In this document: positions 47,720 through 57,445 of the stretch, in pieces
How the letters are laid out: each line of letters starts with the position of its first letter
Numbering within the stretch: position 1 is the stretch's first letter
Source of the DNA: Dehalococcoidales bacterium
GTDB lineage: Bacteria; Chloroflexota; Dehalococcoidia; Dehalococcoidales; Fen-1064
DNA: 64,000 nt
Direction of reading: 5' to 3'
Assembly: GCA_016783135.1 (NCBI GenBank)
Contig: JADHXC010000003.1
Span: 11,605-75,604 of the forward strand
Notes under the pieces: model-generated
Databases searched by the model: none
Seen by the model: only the letters and a program-made list of their open reading frames with translations
What the model was told of the DNA's origin: nothing
Program-made: the position numbers and the translations under genes

Positions 47720-48295
47720 CTACTGCAGGTCTATCACCTTCCCTAGGTAGGCAGGTAGAGTCCTCTGAATGGTGAGAGTGGCGCCGGTGGGCGGGATGAC
47801 CTGAAGCGTAAATCCTTCGTAGATCTCCCGGGTGGCTGTGGCCGGAATCGTGACAGTCACTACGTGCTGCTCGTCGAACTCCATCATATTGGCCGAGCCG
47901 CGCTCCGTGCTGCCCCCGCTGATGGCGCTGGACCAGGTCACATTTTCCGAATGCACCTCATCGTCGAAGTAATTAATGACGATGGAATCCATATCCACTT
48001 TCTCGTCCTGCATTGTTAGACCGACGCTGAAGATGACCTGCTCGAGTTCACTCTGGTTGGGGCTCAGGCCGAGTACGGAACCCTGGATCTCCATTGTGGC
48101 CTGGGCTGACTCTAGGCCCTGGTAGACTGTCGCCTTGCCCCGCTCTGCCGAGAAGATACCGGCGGAGAGGACACTGTACGCCAGTACTGAGGCCACCGTG
48201 ACGAAGGCAATCAGGATGATGGCTGTCTCCAGCCCGGTCATACCTCTCTGACCACGGTACAGGTTCGTTAGCGACCTGAAAATCCTGTTCAACAT
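47720..48295 (-). CDS. arlB: Archaellin ArlB (FlaB), copy 2
   Basis: Class III signal peptide RGQRG|MTGLETAIILIAFVTVASVLAY; C-terminal VIPPTGA...R.LP...IDL. Confidence 0.92.
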   Translation of the reverse strand: MLNRIFRSLTNLYRGQRGMTGLETAIILIAFVTVASVLAYSVLSAGIFSAERGKATVYQGLESAQATMEIQGSVLGLSPNQSELEQVIFSVGLTMQDEKVDMDSIVINYFDDEVHSENVTWSSAISGGSTERGSANMMEFDEQHVVTVTIPATATREIYEGFTLQVIPPTGATLTIQRTLPAYLGKVIDLQ

Positions 48296-48317
48296 CTCTC
48301 TCCATCCCTTCCGGGAC

Positions 48318-48893
48318 CTACCGCAGGTCCATTACTTTGTCGAGGTAAGCCGGCAGGCTCCTCTCAATGGTGACAGTGGCGCCGGTGGGCGGGATAACCT
48401 GGAGAGTGAACTCTTCGTAGGCCTCTCGGGTTGCCGTGGCCGGTATCGTCACCGTGAACACGAACTGCTCGTCGCCCTCAATTATGACGGTCGAGCCACG
48501 CTCGGTGCTGCCCCCACTGATGACGGCTGTGAAGGTCACGTTCTCGGAGTGAATTTCCTCGTCGAAGTAGTTGATTACGATGGCTCCCGTGTCGACCTTC
48601 GTGTCCGGAACTGAAACGGCAGCGGTGAACTGCACCGTCTCCAGCTCACTCTGGTTCGGGCTCAGGCCCAGTACGGAGCCAACGAGTTCCATCGTGGATT
48701 CCGCTGATTCAAGACCCGAGTAGACTGTCGCCTTACCTCTTTCCGCCGAGAAGATACCAGCTGACAGGACGCTGTAGGCGAGGACTGATGCAACCGTTAC
48801 GAAGGCAATCAGGACGATGGCTGTTTCCAGTCCCGTCATGCCCCGCTGACGCCGGTGCATGCTCTTTAGAGCTTTGGTTAATTTGTGGTACAT
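48318..48893 (-). CDS. arlB: Archaellin ArlB (FlaB), copy 1
   Basis: RRQRG|MTGLETAIVLIAFVTVASVLAY; close paralog of 47720..48295. Confidence 0.92.
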   Translation of the reverse strand: MYHKLTKALKSMHRRQRGMTGLETAIVLIAFVTVASVLAYSVLSAGIFSAERGKATVYSGLESAESTMELVGSVLGLSPNQSELETVQFTAAVSVPDTKVDTGAIVINYFDEEIHSENVTFTAVISGGSTERGSTVIIEGDEQFVFTVTIPATATREAYEEFTLQVIPPTGATVTIERSLPAYLDKVMDLR

Positions 48894-49015
48894 TTCCTAC
48901 TCCTTTTTACTACTAATGGATAACCTCTTATGGAATCATGTCCAATAACAGCCTTGACTATCACATCCTTCTGTACCTCCTTCACTAACCTCATCTGCAC
49001 GTGGCACCCTCTGGC

Positions 49016-49444
49016 CTATCCGCAGCTTTGCTGCAACGAAAGTGTGTAAGGTGACCACTGGCGTATTCTGTATATTATTGAAAGTAGTTCCTCGCTGCCG
49101 GCACCGGGTGAAAAGAGACCGGCCGCTCCGGCCTTGATTGCCGGCACCAGGTTCTCTGCTATATTCTCCGTAATGATGACCACCCTGGCAGACAGCCCTT
49201 CCCTGGTGATTGCGCGGGTAGTCTGAATACTGTCCATTCCCGGCATTTCACTATCGGCAAGCATCACTATCACGTCCGGGGAGAGGTGTCTGGCGGCTGC
49301 CAGGGCTTCCTCACCACTGCCTACCTCACCGGCTATGATGATGCCTATTCCAGTACTCAACGTCTGGCGCAACCTCCCCGTGGTGGCCTCATCGCCACCG
49401 CCGTCCACTACCAGTACACGGATAATATCGTCAGTATTCATCAT
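49016..49444 (-). CDS. Atypical stand-alone receiver domain (NarL-like, no HTH)
   Basis: IRVLVVD, SGEEAL and PDVIVMLAD; the phospho-Asp position and conserved Lys are altered. Confidence 0.75.
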   Translation of the reverse strand: MMNTDDIIRVLVVDGGGDEATTGRLRQTLSTGIGIIIAGEVGSGEEALAAARHLSPDVIVMLADSEMPGMDSIQTTRAITREGLSARVVIITENIAENLVPAIKAGAAGLFSPGAGSEELLSIIYRIRQWSPYTLSLQQSCG

Positions 49445-49544
49445 TCATCTGCGGCTGTGCGGGCGTCCTGAGTGAGAAAGCGGTGCCCGCAACATCATCT
49501 TTCTCAGGAGCACGCTCATCAACTCAGGACGACCCTGCATCATC

Positions 49545-49610
49545 AGTGTCGCATAAGGTAATATTCGTTGTAAGGACTAACTGGACAAGAACAAAGGGCT
49601 AAAGAGGTAA
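49545..49610 (-). promoter_or_regulatory. Regulon promoter copy 5 (archaellum operon)
   Basis: TTACCTCTTTAGCCC...TTAGTCCTTA-N17-TGCGACACT; 33 of 42 positions identical to copy 2 by hand alignment. Confidence 0.72.
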
Positions 49611-49650
49611 CGTTATTCTGCGTCTTGAGGACTACCCGATAGCCTCCCGG

Positions 49651-49668
49651 GGGTCATGAATTTGACCC
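49651..49668. promoter_or_regulatory. Palindromic operator GGGTCA-N6-TGACCC
   Basis: Perfect copy lying between the divergent archaellum and glycosylation loci; five variants elsewhere in the window. Confidence 0.6.
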
Positions 49669-49855
49669 GGAAGAGTCATCGTACGCACTAATGGGCACAC
49701 AATTGCAGGTTGCTTCCAGGAAAAAGAACGCCGGCCAGGGTACTTGATTTCACCCCGACTAATGACTTAACATCAGACTGACAGCTTGAGATGCTACCGC
49801 AACGCAACGAGGCGGCCATCGGTTCAACACGCCTGGCGGGAGTAAATAGAGATAG

Positions 49856-50710
49856 ATGCGAAACCGGAAGATGGTGATTGACAACCGCCGGGCCATGGTG
49901 TGCATGCTCACCATAACGTTGCTGCTGTTCCCTGTGGTTGCCTTCACCACGGGCACGCTGCGCATCATCCTGGCCCTGCCCCTGGCACTTTTCTTCCCCG
50001 GCTATACCCTCCTCTCCGCCCTGTTCCCACGCCGGGAGGATATGGACAGCTTTCGGCGCATGGTCTTCAGCGTTGGATTGAGTATAGTTGTTCTACCTGT
50101 TAGCGGGCTGGTCCTCAACTACACACCATGGGGAATAGAGCCTTTCCCCATCCTGGTTAGCATATTCCTCTTCATTCTAATCACGTCCTCAATCGCCTGG
50201 TACCGCCAGCGGGAACTACCGGAGCCAGAGCGGCTGAGTTTCACACTGGAGATACGGCTCTCCGGTTGGAAGGACATGAGCGGGCTCACCAGAACCCTGG
50301 CCGTCATCATGCTGGTGGCCGTCCTGACCACCATCGGCAGCCTGGGCTATGCCATGACCACCCCGGGGCAGGGCGACAGGTACTCCGAGTTCTATATTAT
50401 GGGACCGGAGGATGATGCTGCAGAGTACACGTACGAGACCACGGCAGGGCAACCGGTATACCTTACAATGGTTATCGTCAACCACGAACATGAACCACTG
50501 GGCTACCGTGTGGAGATGGTGAGTGGCGGTGACTCAATTCGCAGTCTTACCACAGGGACCATTGACCACGACGAAGAATGGCAACGCGAAGTTGACTTCG
50601 TGCTCAGCGTGCCCGGCGAGAACCGGAAGGTCGAGTTCTACCTGTACACCGATAACTCATCCGAACCGTACTTCGATGAACCGCTTCATATCTATATAGA
50701 CGTCCGCTGA
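49856..50710 (+). CDS. DUF1616-like membrane protein
   Basis: LFFPGY.LL.ALFP, SVGLSI, LNYTPWGI, SEFYI.G and VNHE motifs. Confidence 0.8.
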   Translation: MRNRKMVIDNRRAMVCMLTITLLLFPVVAFTTGTLRIILALPLALFFPGYTLLSALFPRREDMDSFRRMVFSVGLSIVVLPVSGLVLNYTPWGIEPFPILVSIFLFILITSSIAWYRQRELPEPERLSFTLEIRLSGWKDMSGLTRTLAVIMLVAVLTTIGSLGYAMTTPGQGDRYSEFYIMGPEDDAAEYTYETTAGQPVYLTMVIVNHEHEPLGYRVEMVSGGDSIRSLTTGTIDHDEEWQREVDFVLSVPGENRKVEFYLYTDNSSEPYFDEPLHIYIDVR

Positions 50711-50784
50711 CCCTCAGGTCGAACGGTTTGACCCTCTCACGGAACTCTGATTTACCACATGAGCATGAGTTCTCTGGCTCACAA

Positions 50785-50850
50785 TTACCAATTTGGCTCA
50801 CCATCATGAACCTTCTATGTCTTACCGATGACCCCGCCTGATGCCAGAAT
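50785..50850 (+). promoter_or_regulatory. Glycosylation operon promoter
   Basis: GGCTCA-N6-TGAACC, then 29 nt, then TGCCAGAAT; the same layout occurs upstream of aglB. Confidence 0.6.
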
Positions 50851-50899
50851 AGGTCTTGAGATTATTATACTGGCCCAGGAACGGGGGTAATGAAGGACT

Positions 50900-51655
50900 A
50901 TGATGCAATTCCAGAAATCGCGCCAGATATCTACCACGGTCATCGTACCCGCGTATAATGAAGAGGACGGGCTGCCAGTGACGCTGGACAAGCTCCAGAA
51001 GGTCCTGGACGATAGCTACGAGGTCATCGTCGTTGACGACGGCTCGACCGACCGGACCCTAGAAGTCGCCTGCCGGTTCTCCTGCCAGTTCGCCCGCCGG
51101 TTTTCCTGCCGGTTCATACGGCACGAAGTGAACCAGGGAAAGGGGGAGGCCCTCAGGACCGGGATAAAGCACGCCCGTGGTCACAACGTCATCTGGATTG
51201 ATGCCGACGACACCTATCCCGTGGAGACCATCCCCAGGATGGTCGAAGCCCTCAATGCGTATGACGTGGTGGTTGGCTCACGCGCCTACGGGAACGAGAA
51301 CATCCCTCGTTTCAACCGCCTGGGCAACTGGGTCTTCCGCACCATGATAAAGGTGCTCTACGGGTTTCAGGCTCACGACCCGTGTACCGGACTCTATGGT
51401 GCCAGGAAGGTCTACCTGGAACTGATGGACCTGTCCTCAAAGCGCTTTGCCATTGAGCCGGAAATCTCCATCAAGAGCAGCCGTATGAAGCTGAAAACGC
51501 TTGACATCCCCCTGCGGTACCGTCCCAGGATTGGTGACTCCAAGCTCAATGCCATCCAGGTCGGCTATGAGGACTTGAAGACGATTCTCGGTCTCGTTTT
51601 CTGGCGGGGAAAAGTAAACGACGCGGCACATGCGGCTGGCACCGCCGCGAAGTAA
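50900..51655 (+). CDS. GT2 glycosyltransferase, DPM1-like (polyprenol-phosphate)
   Basis: VPAYNEE, VDDGSTD, NQGKG, DAD, GSR and F.IEPE motifs. Confidence 0.9.
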   Translation: MMQFQKSRQISTTVIVPAYNEEDGLPVTLDKLQKVLDDSYEVIVVDDGSTDRTLEVACRFSCQFARRFSCRFIRHEVNQGKGEALRTGIKHARGHNVIWIDADDTYPVETIPRMVEALNAYDVVVGSRAYGNENIPRFNRLGNWVFRTMIKVLYGFQAHDPCTGLYGARKVYLELMDLSSKRFAIEPEISIKSSRMKLKTLDIPLRYRPRIGDSKLNAIQVGYEDLKTILGLVFWRGKVNDAAHAAGTAAK

Positions 51656-51675
51656 CCTCCAGAGGTGGCAGAACT

Positions 51676-52674
51676 ATGAGTCTCAAGGAACTGCGGCAGC
51701 CTGCGGGAATCGCTGAAAGGCCCCGCCCGGTGACCGGTGCTCTCTCTCCGGTTCCGAGAGTGTCAGTCGTCATTTGCGCGTACACTATGGAACGTCTGCA
51801 TGACATCTGCGAGGCGGTGGACTCAGTACTTGCCCAGACAGAAAAGCCTGATGAAATAGTTGTGTCCATAGACCATAATGAGGAGCTTCTCCAAAAGCTT
51901 AAGACAGAACTCCCGTCTGAGGTCAAGTTCGTGCTGAATCAAGGTACTATTGGTAGCGCAGAGACAAGAAACACAGCTATTCGCTTCTCAGATGGCGATA
52001 TTGTTGCTTTCATAGATGATGATGCCATAGCTGAAAAGAATTGGCTGCGCAATCTAAAGGAACATTACCGAGACCCCTCCGTCATGGCAGTAGGAGGCAG
52101 ATTAAATTCTGTTTGGAGGGATGGCCGTCCTGGTTGGTTTCCTGAGGAGCTTGATTGGGTTGTAGGTGGCACCTATAAAGGCCATCCTGAAGGTAGAACT
52201 CACGTTAGAAATCTAATTGCGGCCAATATGTCCTTTAGGTCAAAGGTTTGTGACCATATAGGCTTCATTCTAACCGACCTGGGCGCTCTTGGAAAGACGG
52301 CTAGAGCCGGAGACGAGACAGAATTCTGCATGAGAATCGGGCATCATATACCTGATGCAATCATACTCTATGAACCGAACGCTATTGTCTACCATAAAGC
52401 ATCACCCCGTGAAGCCACCTTAAAGCATCTGATCACAAGGTCTTTCAATGAAGGCCGATATAAGGGGAAAAGTACCAGGATTTACTCTGCCTTATCTCAA
52501 AATCCGTTATCAACAGAGAGTGCCTATCTTCGCTACCTTCTTTCCACCGCCATTCCTCGGAGGCTAAGGAGCTTCTATAAGAAGGGTAGCATTGTCCACT
52601 TGGGCGCTATCATCCTGAGCATAGCTGTCGTGGGAGCCGGCTATCTGGTAGGCAAGGTAAGCCAGACCCCGTAA
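51676..52674 (+). CDS. GT2 glycosyltransferase
   Basis: VVICAYT, FIDDDA, ANMSFR and DETEFC motifs. Confidence 0.92.
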   Translation: MSLKELRQPAGIAERPRPVTGALSPVPRVSVVICAYTMERLHDICEAVDSVLAQTEKPDEIVVSIDHNEELLQKLKTELPSEVKFVLNQGTIGSAETRNTAIRFSDGDIVAFIDDDAIAEKNWLRNLKEHYRDPSVMAVGGRLNSVWRDGRPGWFPEELDWVVGGTYKGHPEGRTHVRNLIAANMSFRSKVCDHIGFILTDLGALGKTARAGDETEFCMRIGHHIPDAIILYEPNAIVYHKASPREATLKHLITRSFNEGRYKGKSTRIYSALSQNPLSTESAYLRYLLSTAIPRRLRSFYKKGSIVHLGAIILSIAVVGAGYLVGKVSQTP

Positions 52675-52694
52675 CGGGAGTGCAGGAAAGCTAG

Positions 52695-53456
52695 GTGACG
52701 CAGATGGAAAAGGGTATCGCGCTGAAGCAGTACTACAAGACGCGGGAAGGAGTAGAGGAGTACTCATCCGCCACTGGAGGATTCATCCTCGAGGCCGCAG
52801 AGCTTGTCTGCGCGGTGCTTGGCGAGTGGGTCCGGCCGCAGAGAGCCCTGGACGTAGGCTGCGCCAGAGGCGAACTAGTCTCTGCGTGGCGCCGGCGCGG
52901 TGTTGAGGCCTACGGTGTTGACATATCGGACTACGCGGTCAGTCATCCTGAAGAGGCCAGGATAGCCGAGTACCTGCATGTCGTGGACGTGGAGTGCGAA
53001 CGCCTGCCATTCGATGACGACAGCTTCGACGTAGCCACTATTCGAGAAGTCCTGGAGCATCTGGGGCAGTCATCTTTCCTGCTTGGGGAGCTCAGGAGGG
53101 TTGTGAAAGATAACGGCTTCGTGTTCATGACAACGCCGGTTCTTCCCTTCGAAACCAGGTTATGGCGAGCCCTGGGGATTCAGTCGGACCCGCTGCATAT
53201 AAACGTCCACAGTAAGAGATTCTGGGTGCGGTCCTTTGACAAGCACGGTTTTACCTGCACCAGTGATTTGCGCAGCTATATCCGACAGGTCAATACCTCC
53301 ATTGTCCCCGCCGACTGTCCCGTTCAACACTGGGCACTGAGACTGCTCGGCACCAGACTGGGCAAGCTCGGAAAGAAAGCCCGTATAAAGCTCAAGTGCC
53401 TTATTCACGCCGCGCTCCTTTTCCAGAACCGTAAGGGCGGAATAGGGTCTTATTAG
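52695..53456 (+). CDS. Class I SAM methyltransferase
   Basis: LDVGCARG, GVDIS, EVLEHL and TTP motifs. Confidence 0.9.
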   Translation: MTQMEKGIALKQYYKTREGVEEYSSATGGFILEAAELVCAVLGEWVRPQRALDVGCARGELVSAWRRRGVEAYGVDISDYAVSHPEEARIAEYLHVVDVECERLPFDDDSFDVATIREVLEHLGQSSFLLGELRRVVKDNGFVFMTTPVLPFETRLWRALGIQSDPLHINVHSKRFWVRSFDKHGFTCTSDLRSYIRQVNTSIVPADCPVQHWALRLLGTRLGKLGKKARIKLKCLIHAALLFQNRKGGIGSY

Positions 53457-53493
53457 GTGGTCGCATGCTAATTCCCCCGCCTGGAGGAGCCAG

Positions 53494-55272
53494 TTGCTCG
53501 CCAGAGGCGTGCAGATGATGGCGCTAACCAGGAAACATATATCAATGGTGCTGATGGCCATAGCACTCCTGCTCTGGTCGCACAGTATCGTCTGCGCAAG
53601 GTTTGAGATTGGCTACTTCGGGCTAATTCACGGCCTGCCCGTTACCTTCTTCCTGGCCCTGGCCTTCCTCACCACTGCCTCCGGCGTCCTCTGGGCCTCA
53701 AAGCAAACCCACGGAAGACTGCTCGGGGTACAGATGGTTATCCTGGTCTGTGCCCTCTGGCTGGTGCCACAGATAACGGGAGGCTCATCCCCGTTTGACG
53801 ACCACGCCTACCGGAACCTGAGTCTCATCGACCACATCGTGCGTGAGGGCCACTTCTCGGCACAGGAATTCATCTATCTCTCCTGGCCGGGCGCTTTCAT
53901 CTGGTTGGCATCTCTTTCCGAGGTATTCGGTATAGACCCTAAGACCATGCTGCACATCTTCCCCGTCCTGATGCAGTTGCTCATGCTCCTGCCGCTCTAC
54001 ACTTTCCTCAGAAACACTCTGGGCAGCTCACGAAGCAACTACTGCTGGGCGGGAGCCTGGCTCTTCTATCTGGCTAGCTGGACGGAGCGCCAGTACCTCG
54101 GCAGTGCTCCGGGAGTAGCCTTCTTCCTGCTACTCACCTTCCTGACACTGGTTACCACACCGGTCCTCTGGGAAAAGAGCCGCCGGAGCCTTCCCTGGCT
54201 AGGTCTGACGGTGGCCGTTTTCATTGGCCTGACGATGACGCACCTGCTCACGTCTCTGGCTGCCCTGTGTATCCTGGGAGTGCTCACCCTGGTCAAGAAG
54301 AGCAAGGTAATGATTCCAGTCACTACCCTCTGTCTGGTGCTGGTAGTATCCTGGAATCTTACCGGCATGGAAAGACAGACGATACTGGGGGCGTTCTCGT
54401 CGGACGTCATTGCGCCCGGTGAAGCTATGGAAGCGCCCGACATCCAAGCCATGAATCTGCCGGGCGGGGCTCTCAGCATCCCCGGTAAGGCACCGCTTGT
54501 GGGCGGCAGGGCTCTGGTCTTCTCTCCGGACATTCTCATTAAGTCCCAGATTACGGGTCACCTCGCCGGGAGTGGGTCTCACAGCGCGGTCAGCCAGACC
54601 CGACTGTGGTTCTCCGTTTTGTTCGCCGTCATCGGCCTTGCCGGAGCAATCAGGGCTATCCTGACCAGGCGGGACCGCAGAATGGCCTTATTCGTCTTGT
54701 TTCTCGCATTAGCTCCGATGGTACTGGCCATCATCCCGTACGGAGGAAGGTCTATCGACCACCTCTACGTGTTCTCACTGGCACCAATGGCCTACTTCGG
54801 GGCGCGGTTAGTAGACTTCAGAAGAAGAGGCGCGGTGTTTGCCTTCTGCCTGCTGCTGGTCGTTGCCCTGCCCTTTCACCTGATATCCCACTACGGGAAC
54901 CAGGCGTACGACTACTTCCCGCCCAGCCTGGTGAGGGGGCTGGACTTCTCCTACCAGAGCACACCGGCAACGCCGGGCAGTACTCCGACGTATCCCTGGG
55001 CAACGCTGGGGCCGGTCAAGGAACCGTTTGTCGGGCTGAGCCTGCTGGAGTGGCAGGACCACGTAGTTGTGCCCAGCGGCGGCTTCAAGGACGACAGCCC
55101 GCGCTGGTTTTACCTCCACCGCCAGAATTACGCATATTACAGCTTCCTGCTGGGCGAACCGTACTTTCTGGAAGTAGTAGAGGCCGCTCTGGGTGATACG
55201 ACCAACTGCCAGCTCATCTACCATAATCCGGACTTCAAGCTGTACCGTCTGGAGCCGGTCGCCCTGCAATAG
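53494..55272 (+). CDS. Polytopic membrane protein, possible GT-C fold
   Basis: About 12 TM segments; D.AY...I..EGH, Y.SWPG and THLLTS motifs; located in the glycosylation operon. Confidence 0.65.
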   Translation: MLARGVQMMALTRKHISMVLMAIALLLWSHSIVCARFEIGYFGLIHGLPVTFFLALAFLTTASGVLWASKQTHGRLLGVQMVILVCALWLVPQITGGSSPFDDHAYRNLSLIDHIVREGHFSAQEFIYLSWPGAFIWLASLSEVFGIDPKTMLHIFPVLMQLLMLLPLYTFLRNTLGSSRSNYCWAGAWLFYLASWTERQYLGSAPGVAFFLLLTFLTLVTTPVLWEKSRRSLPWLGLTVAVFIGLTMTHLLTSLAALCILGVLTLVKKSKVMIPVTTLCLVLVVSWNLTGMERQTILGAFSSDVIAPGEAMEAPDIQAMNLPGGALSIPGKAPLVGGRALVFSPDILIKSQITGHLAGSGSHSAVSQTRLWFSVLFAVIGLAGAIRAILTRRDRRMALFVLFLALAPMVLAIIPYGGRSIDHLYVFSLAPMAYFGARLVDFRRRGAVFAFCLLLVVALPFHLISHYGNQAYDYFPPSLVRGLDFSYQSTPATPGSTPTYPWATLGPVKEPFVGLSLLEWQDHVVVPSGGFKDDSPRWFYLHRQNYAYYSFLLGEPYFLEVVEAALGDTTNCQLIYHNPDFKLYRLEPVALQ

Positions 55273-55311
55273 TACATCCGACATCGGGAGAATAATGCAC
55301 GGAAACAAAGA

Positions 55312-56634
55312 ATGACAGTGTTGAAAGATAGGATAAGGAAACTCCTGCGCGTTTCACTTTACCGAAACGCGGGCTATCTGATTCTGACCTCCGGGGTCAA
55401 CAGCCTGGCAGGCTTCGTCTTCTGGGCAGTGGCCGCCCGACTCTATCCGGCGGAGGGCGTAGGACTGGCCGCGGCAGCAATCTCGGCAATGGGTTTGCTG
55501 GCCCTGCTGTCCACCCTGGGTATGGACTACGGCCTGATAAGGTTCCTGCCCGGCTCAGGCGACAAGGCAAAAAATATCCTTAACTCCTGTTTTACTCTCA
55601 GCGGTCTGGTATCAGTAGCCCTGGCCGTCATCTTCCTGGCGGGACTCAAGCTCTGGTCGCCCGCCCTGCTTCGAATCCAGCAGAACCCGGTGTTTTTCAT
55701 CAGCTTTGTCATTTTTGCCCTGGCCGCCGTCTACAGGGTTTTCGCCGAACGGACATTTGTCGCCGGGCGCAGGGCAGGATTTACGCTTACCCAGGGACTG
55801 GTCTTCAGCCTCCTGAGGTTCATCCCCCTGATTATCCTGGCACCTCTCTTCAACGTTTTCGGCATCTTTGCGTCCTGGGGAATCGGACTGGCCCTGGCGG
55901 TAATCGTGAGCATACCCTTCCTCATCCCCCGCGTCCAGCCGGGCTACCGCCCCGCACCGACGATAGACAGGAAGGCAATAGGCAACATGATGCACTTCTC
56001 CTTTGCCAACTACGGTGCTAACATCTTCTGGGCAATTCCCATTCTGTGTCTACCCTTGATGGTGGTGAACCTTCTCGGAGCGGAGGCGAACGCCTACTTC
56101 TATATCGGCTGGGCGCTGGGCTACCTGCTGGTGAACATACCGGTGACCGTCTCCCTCTCCCTGTTCGCGGAGGGCTCACACAACGAGGAACAGCTAGGCC
56201 ACAACATCGGCAGAAGTCTCAGGCTGCTCCTGCTTCTGGTCCCGGTGATAGCCATCGTTTTCCTGGCAGGTGAAAGAGTGCTGGCCCTCTTCGGCAGCAC
56301 TTACGCGGAAAACGCCACCACCCTTCTCTGGGTCCTGGCCGTCTCCGCCATTCCGGCCGGTATCAACCATACCTACTTCACGGTGAAAAGAGTGCAGAAG
56401 AGAATGCGGGACGTCATCGGCCTGAGTGCGTTCATCGCCGTGGTAACGATGGTACTTAGCTACCTGCTTCTGCCCCGGATAGGCATTATCGGAGCAGGGA
56501 TAGGCTGGCTCATTCCCCAGGCCATTGTGGCAGTGGCAGTCACGCCATCACTACTTCGATGGCGCCGCCATTCGGTGGTGGGAACAGAGCAGCAGCACAG
56601 TCCGGCTTACAGGAAGGGGTTAATAGCGAATTGA
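55312..56634 (+). CDS. Oligosaccharide flippase (Wzx/MOP family)
   Basis: GFVFW.VAARLY...VG and LG....LIRFLP motifs; about 12 TM segments. Confidence 0.85.
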   Translation: MTVLKDRIRKLLRVSLYRNAGYLILTSGVNSLAGFVFWAVAARLYPAEGVGLAAAAISAMGLLALLSTLGMDYGLIRFLPGSGDKAKNILNSCFTLSGLVSVALAVIFLAGLKLWSPALLRIQQNPVFFISFVIFALAAVYRVFAERTFVAGRRAGFTLTQGLVFSLLRFIPLIILAPLFNVFGIFASWGIGLALAVIVSIPFLIPRVQPGYRPAPTIDRKAIGNMMHFSFANYGANIFWAIPILCLPLMVVNLLGAEANAYFYIGWALGYLLVNIPVTVSLSLFAEGSHNEEQLGHNIGRSLRLLLLLVPVIAIVFLAGERVLALFGSTYAENATTLLWVLAVSAIPAGINHTYFTVKRVQKRMRDVIGLSAFIAVVTMVLSYLLLPRIGIIGAGIGWLIPQAIVAVAVTPSLLRWRRHSVVGTEQQHSPAYRKGLIAN

Positions 56635-57440
56635 AGAAGACCGAGGTAATGCAGACAGTGGACCGCCGGTCCGTGCTGGAACAGAATATCAGGCTGCACG
56701 AGACCGAGGCGTATTTCTACAACGCCACGCACCCGGAGAACTTCAACGTCTTCGAGCAGAAGCGATTGAAACGTCAGGTCACGAAACTGGCTATGGAAGC
56801 CGGACCATCGCTGCCGGTCCTGGACCTGGCCAGCGGAACGGGAAACGTCTCCGACCACCTGCGGGCAACGGGTCTCCGTCCTGTTGCCTGCGACCTTTCC
56901 CTGGACATGCTGAGAGAGAACCGTGCGGAATACAGGGTCCGGTGCGATATCACGCGGCTGCCCTTCAAAGAAGGATGCTTTGGAGCCGTCACGGCGTACT
57001 CGGTATTCCACCACTTGCCCGACCCCGCCGGGGCTATGCAGGAGATAGACCGCGTAGCCGCGGAGAAGTGCGTACTCTACTTCGACCATGACCGCTTCCT
57101 GCCCCGGGACAGCAGGACGCTGGGTGATTACCCGTTCACGGTATCCGACCTTTTCGGCTGGGTGCCCTGGCTGGTACTGCACCCGAAATACCTGAGGCGT
57201 CTCTTCCAATATGCTCTGTGGGGGAGGAAAGTGCACCTGCGGAATATTCGTGGACTGGATCAGGCGGAATCACACGAACGGGTCGAGCCTGAAAGGCTGG
57301 TGAGAGTCCTGGAAGGCAACGGATTCCGCGTGCAGCTTGGTCGTCACCGGGGCGGGAGCTACCTGAAAGCCTGCCGTGAGAAACGAACCAGACCGAGTCT
57401 GGAAGCTGACAGACCTGCCAGCCTGTCAGCGGTGAGGTAG
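56631..57440 (+). CDS. Class I SAM methyltransferase
   Basis: VLDLASGTG, DLSLDML, LPF and VFHHLPD motifs; TTG start overlaps the flippase stop. Confidence 0.85.
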   Translation: MKKTEVMQTVDRRSVLEQNIRLHETEAYFYNATHPENFNVFEQKRLKRQVTKLAMEAGPSLPVLDLASGTGNVSDHLRATGLRPVACDLSLDMLRENRAEYRVRCDITRLPFKEGCFGAVTAYSVFHHLPDPAGAMQEIDRVAAEKCVLYFDHDRFLPRDSRTLGDYPFTVSDLFGWVPWLVLHPKYLRRLFQYALWGRKVHLRNIRGLDQAESHERVEPERLVRVLEGNGFRVQLGRHRGGSYLKACREKRTRPSLEADRPASLSAVR

Positions 57441-57445
57441 GGGAT

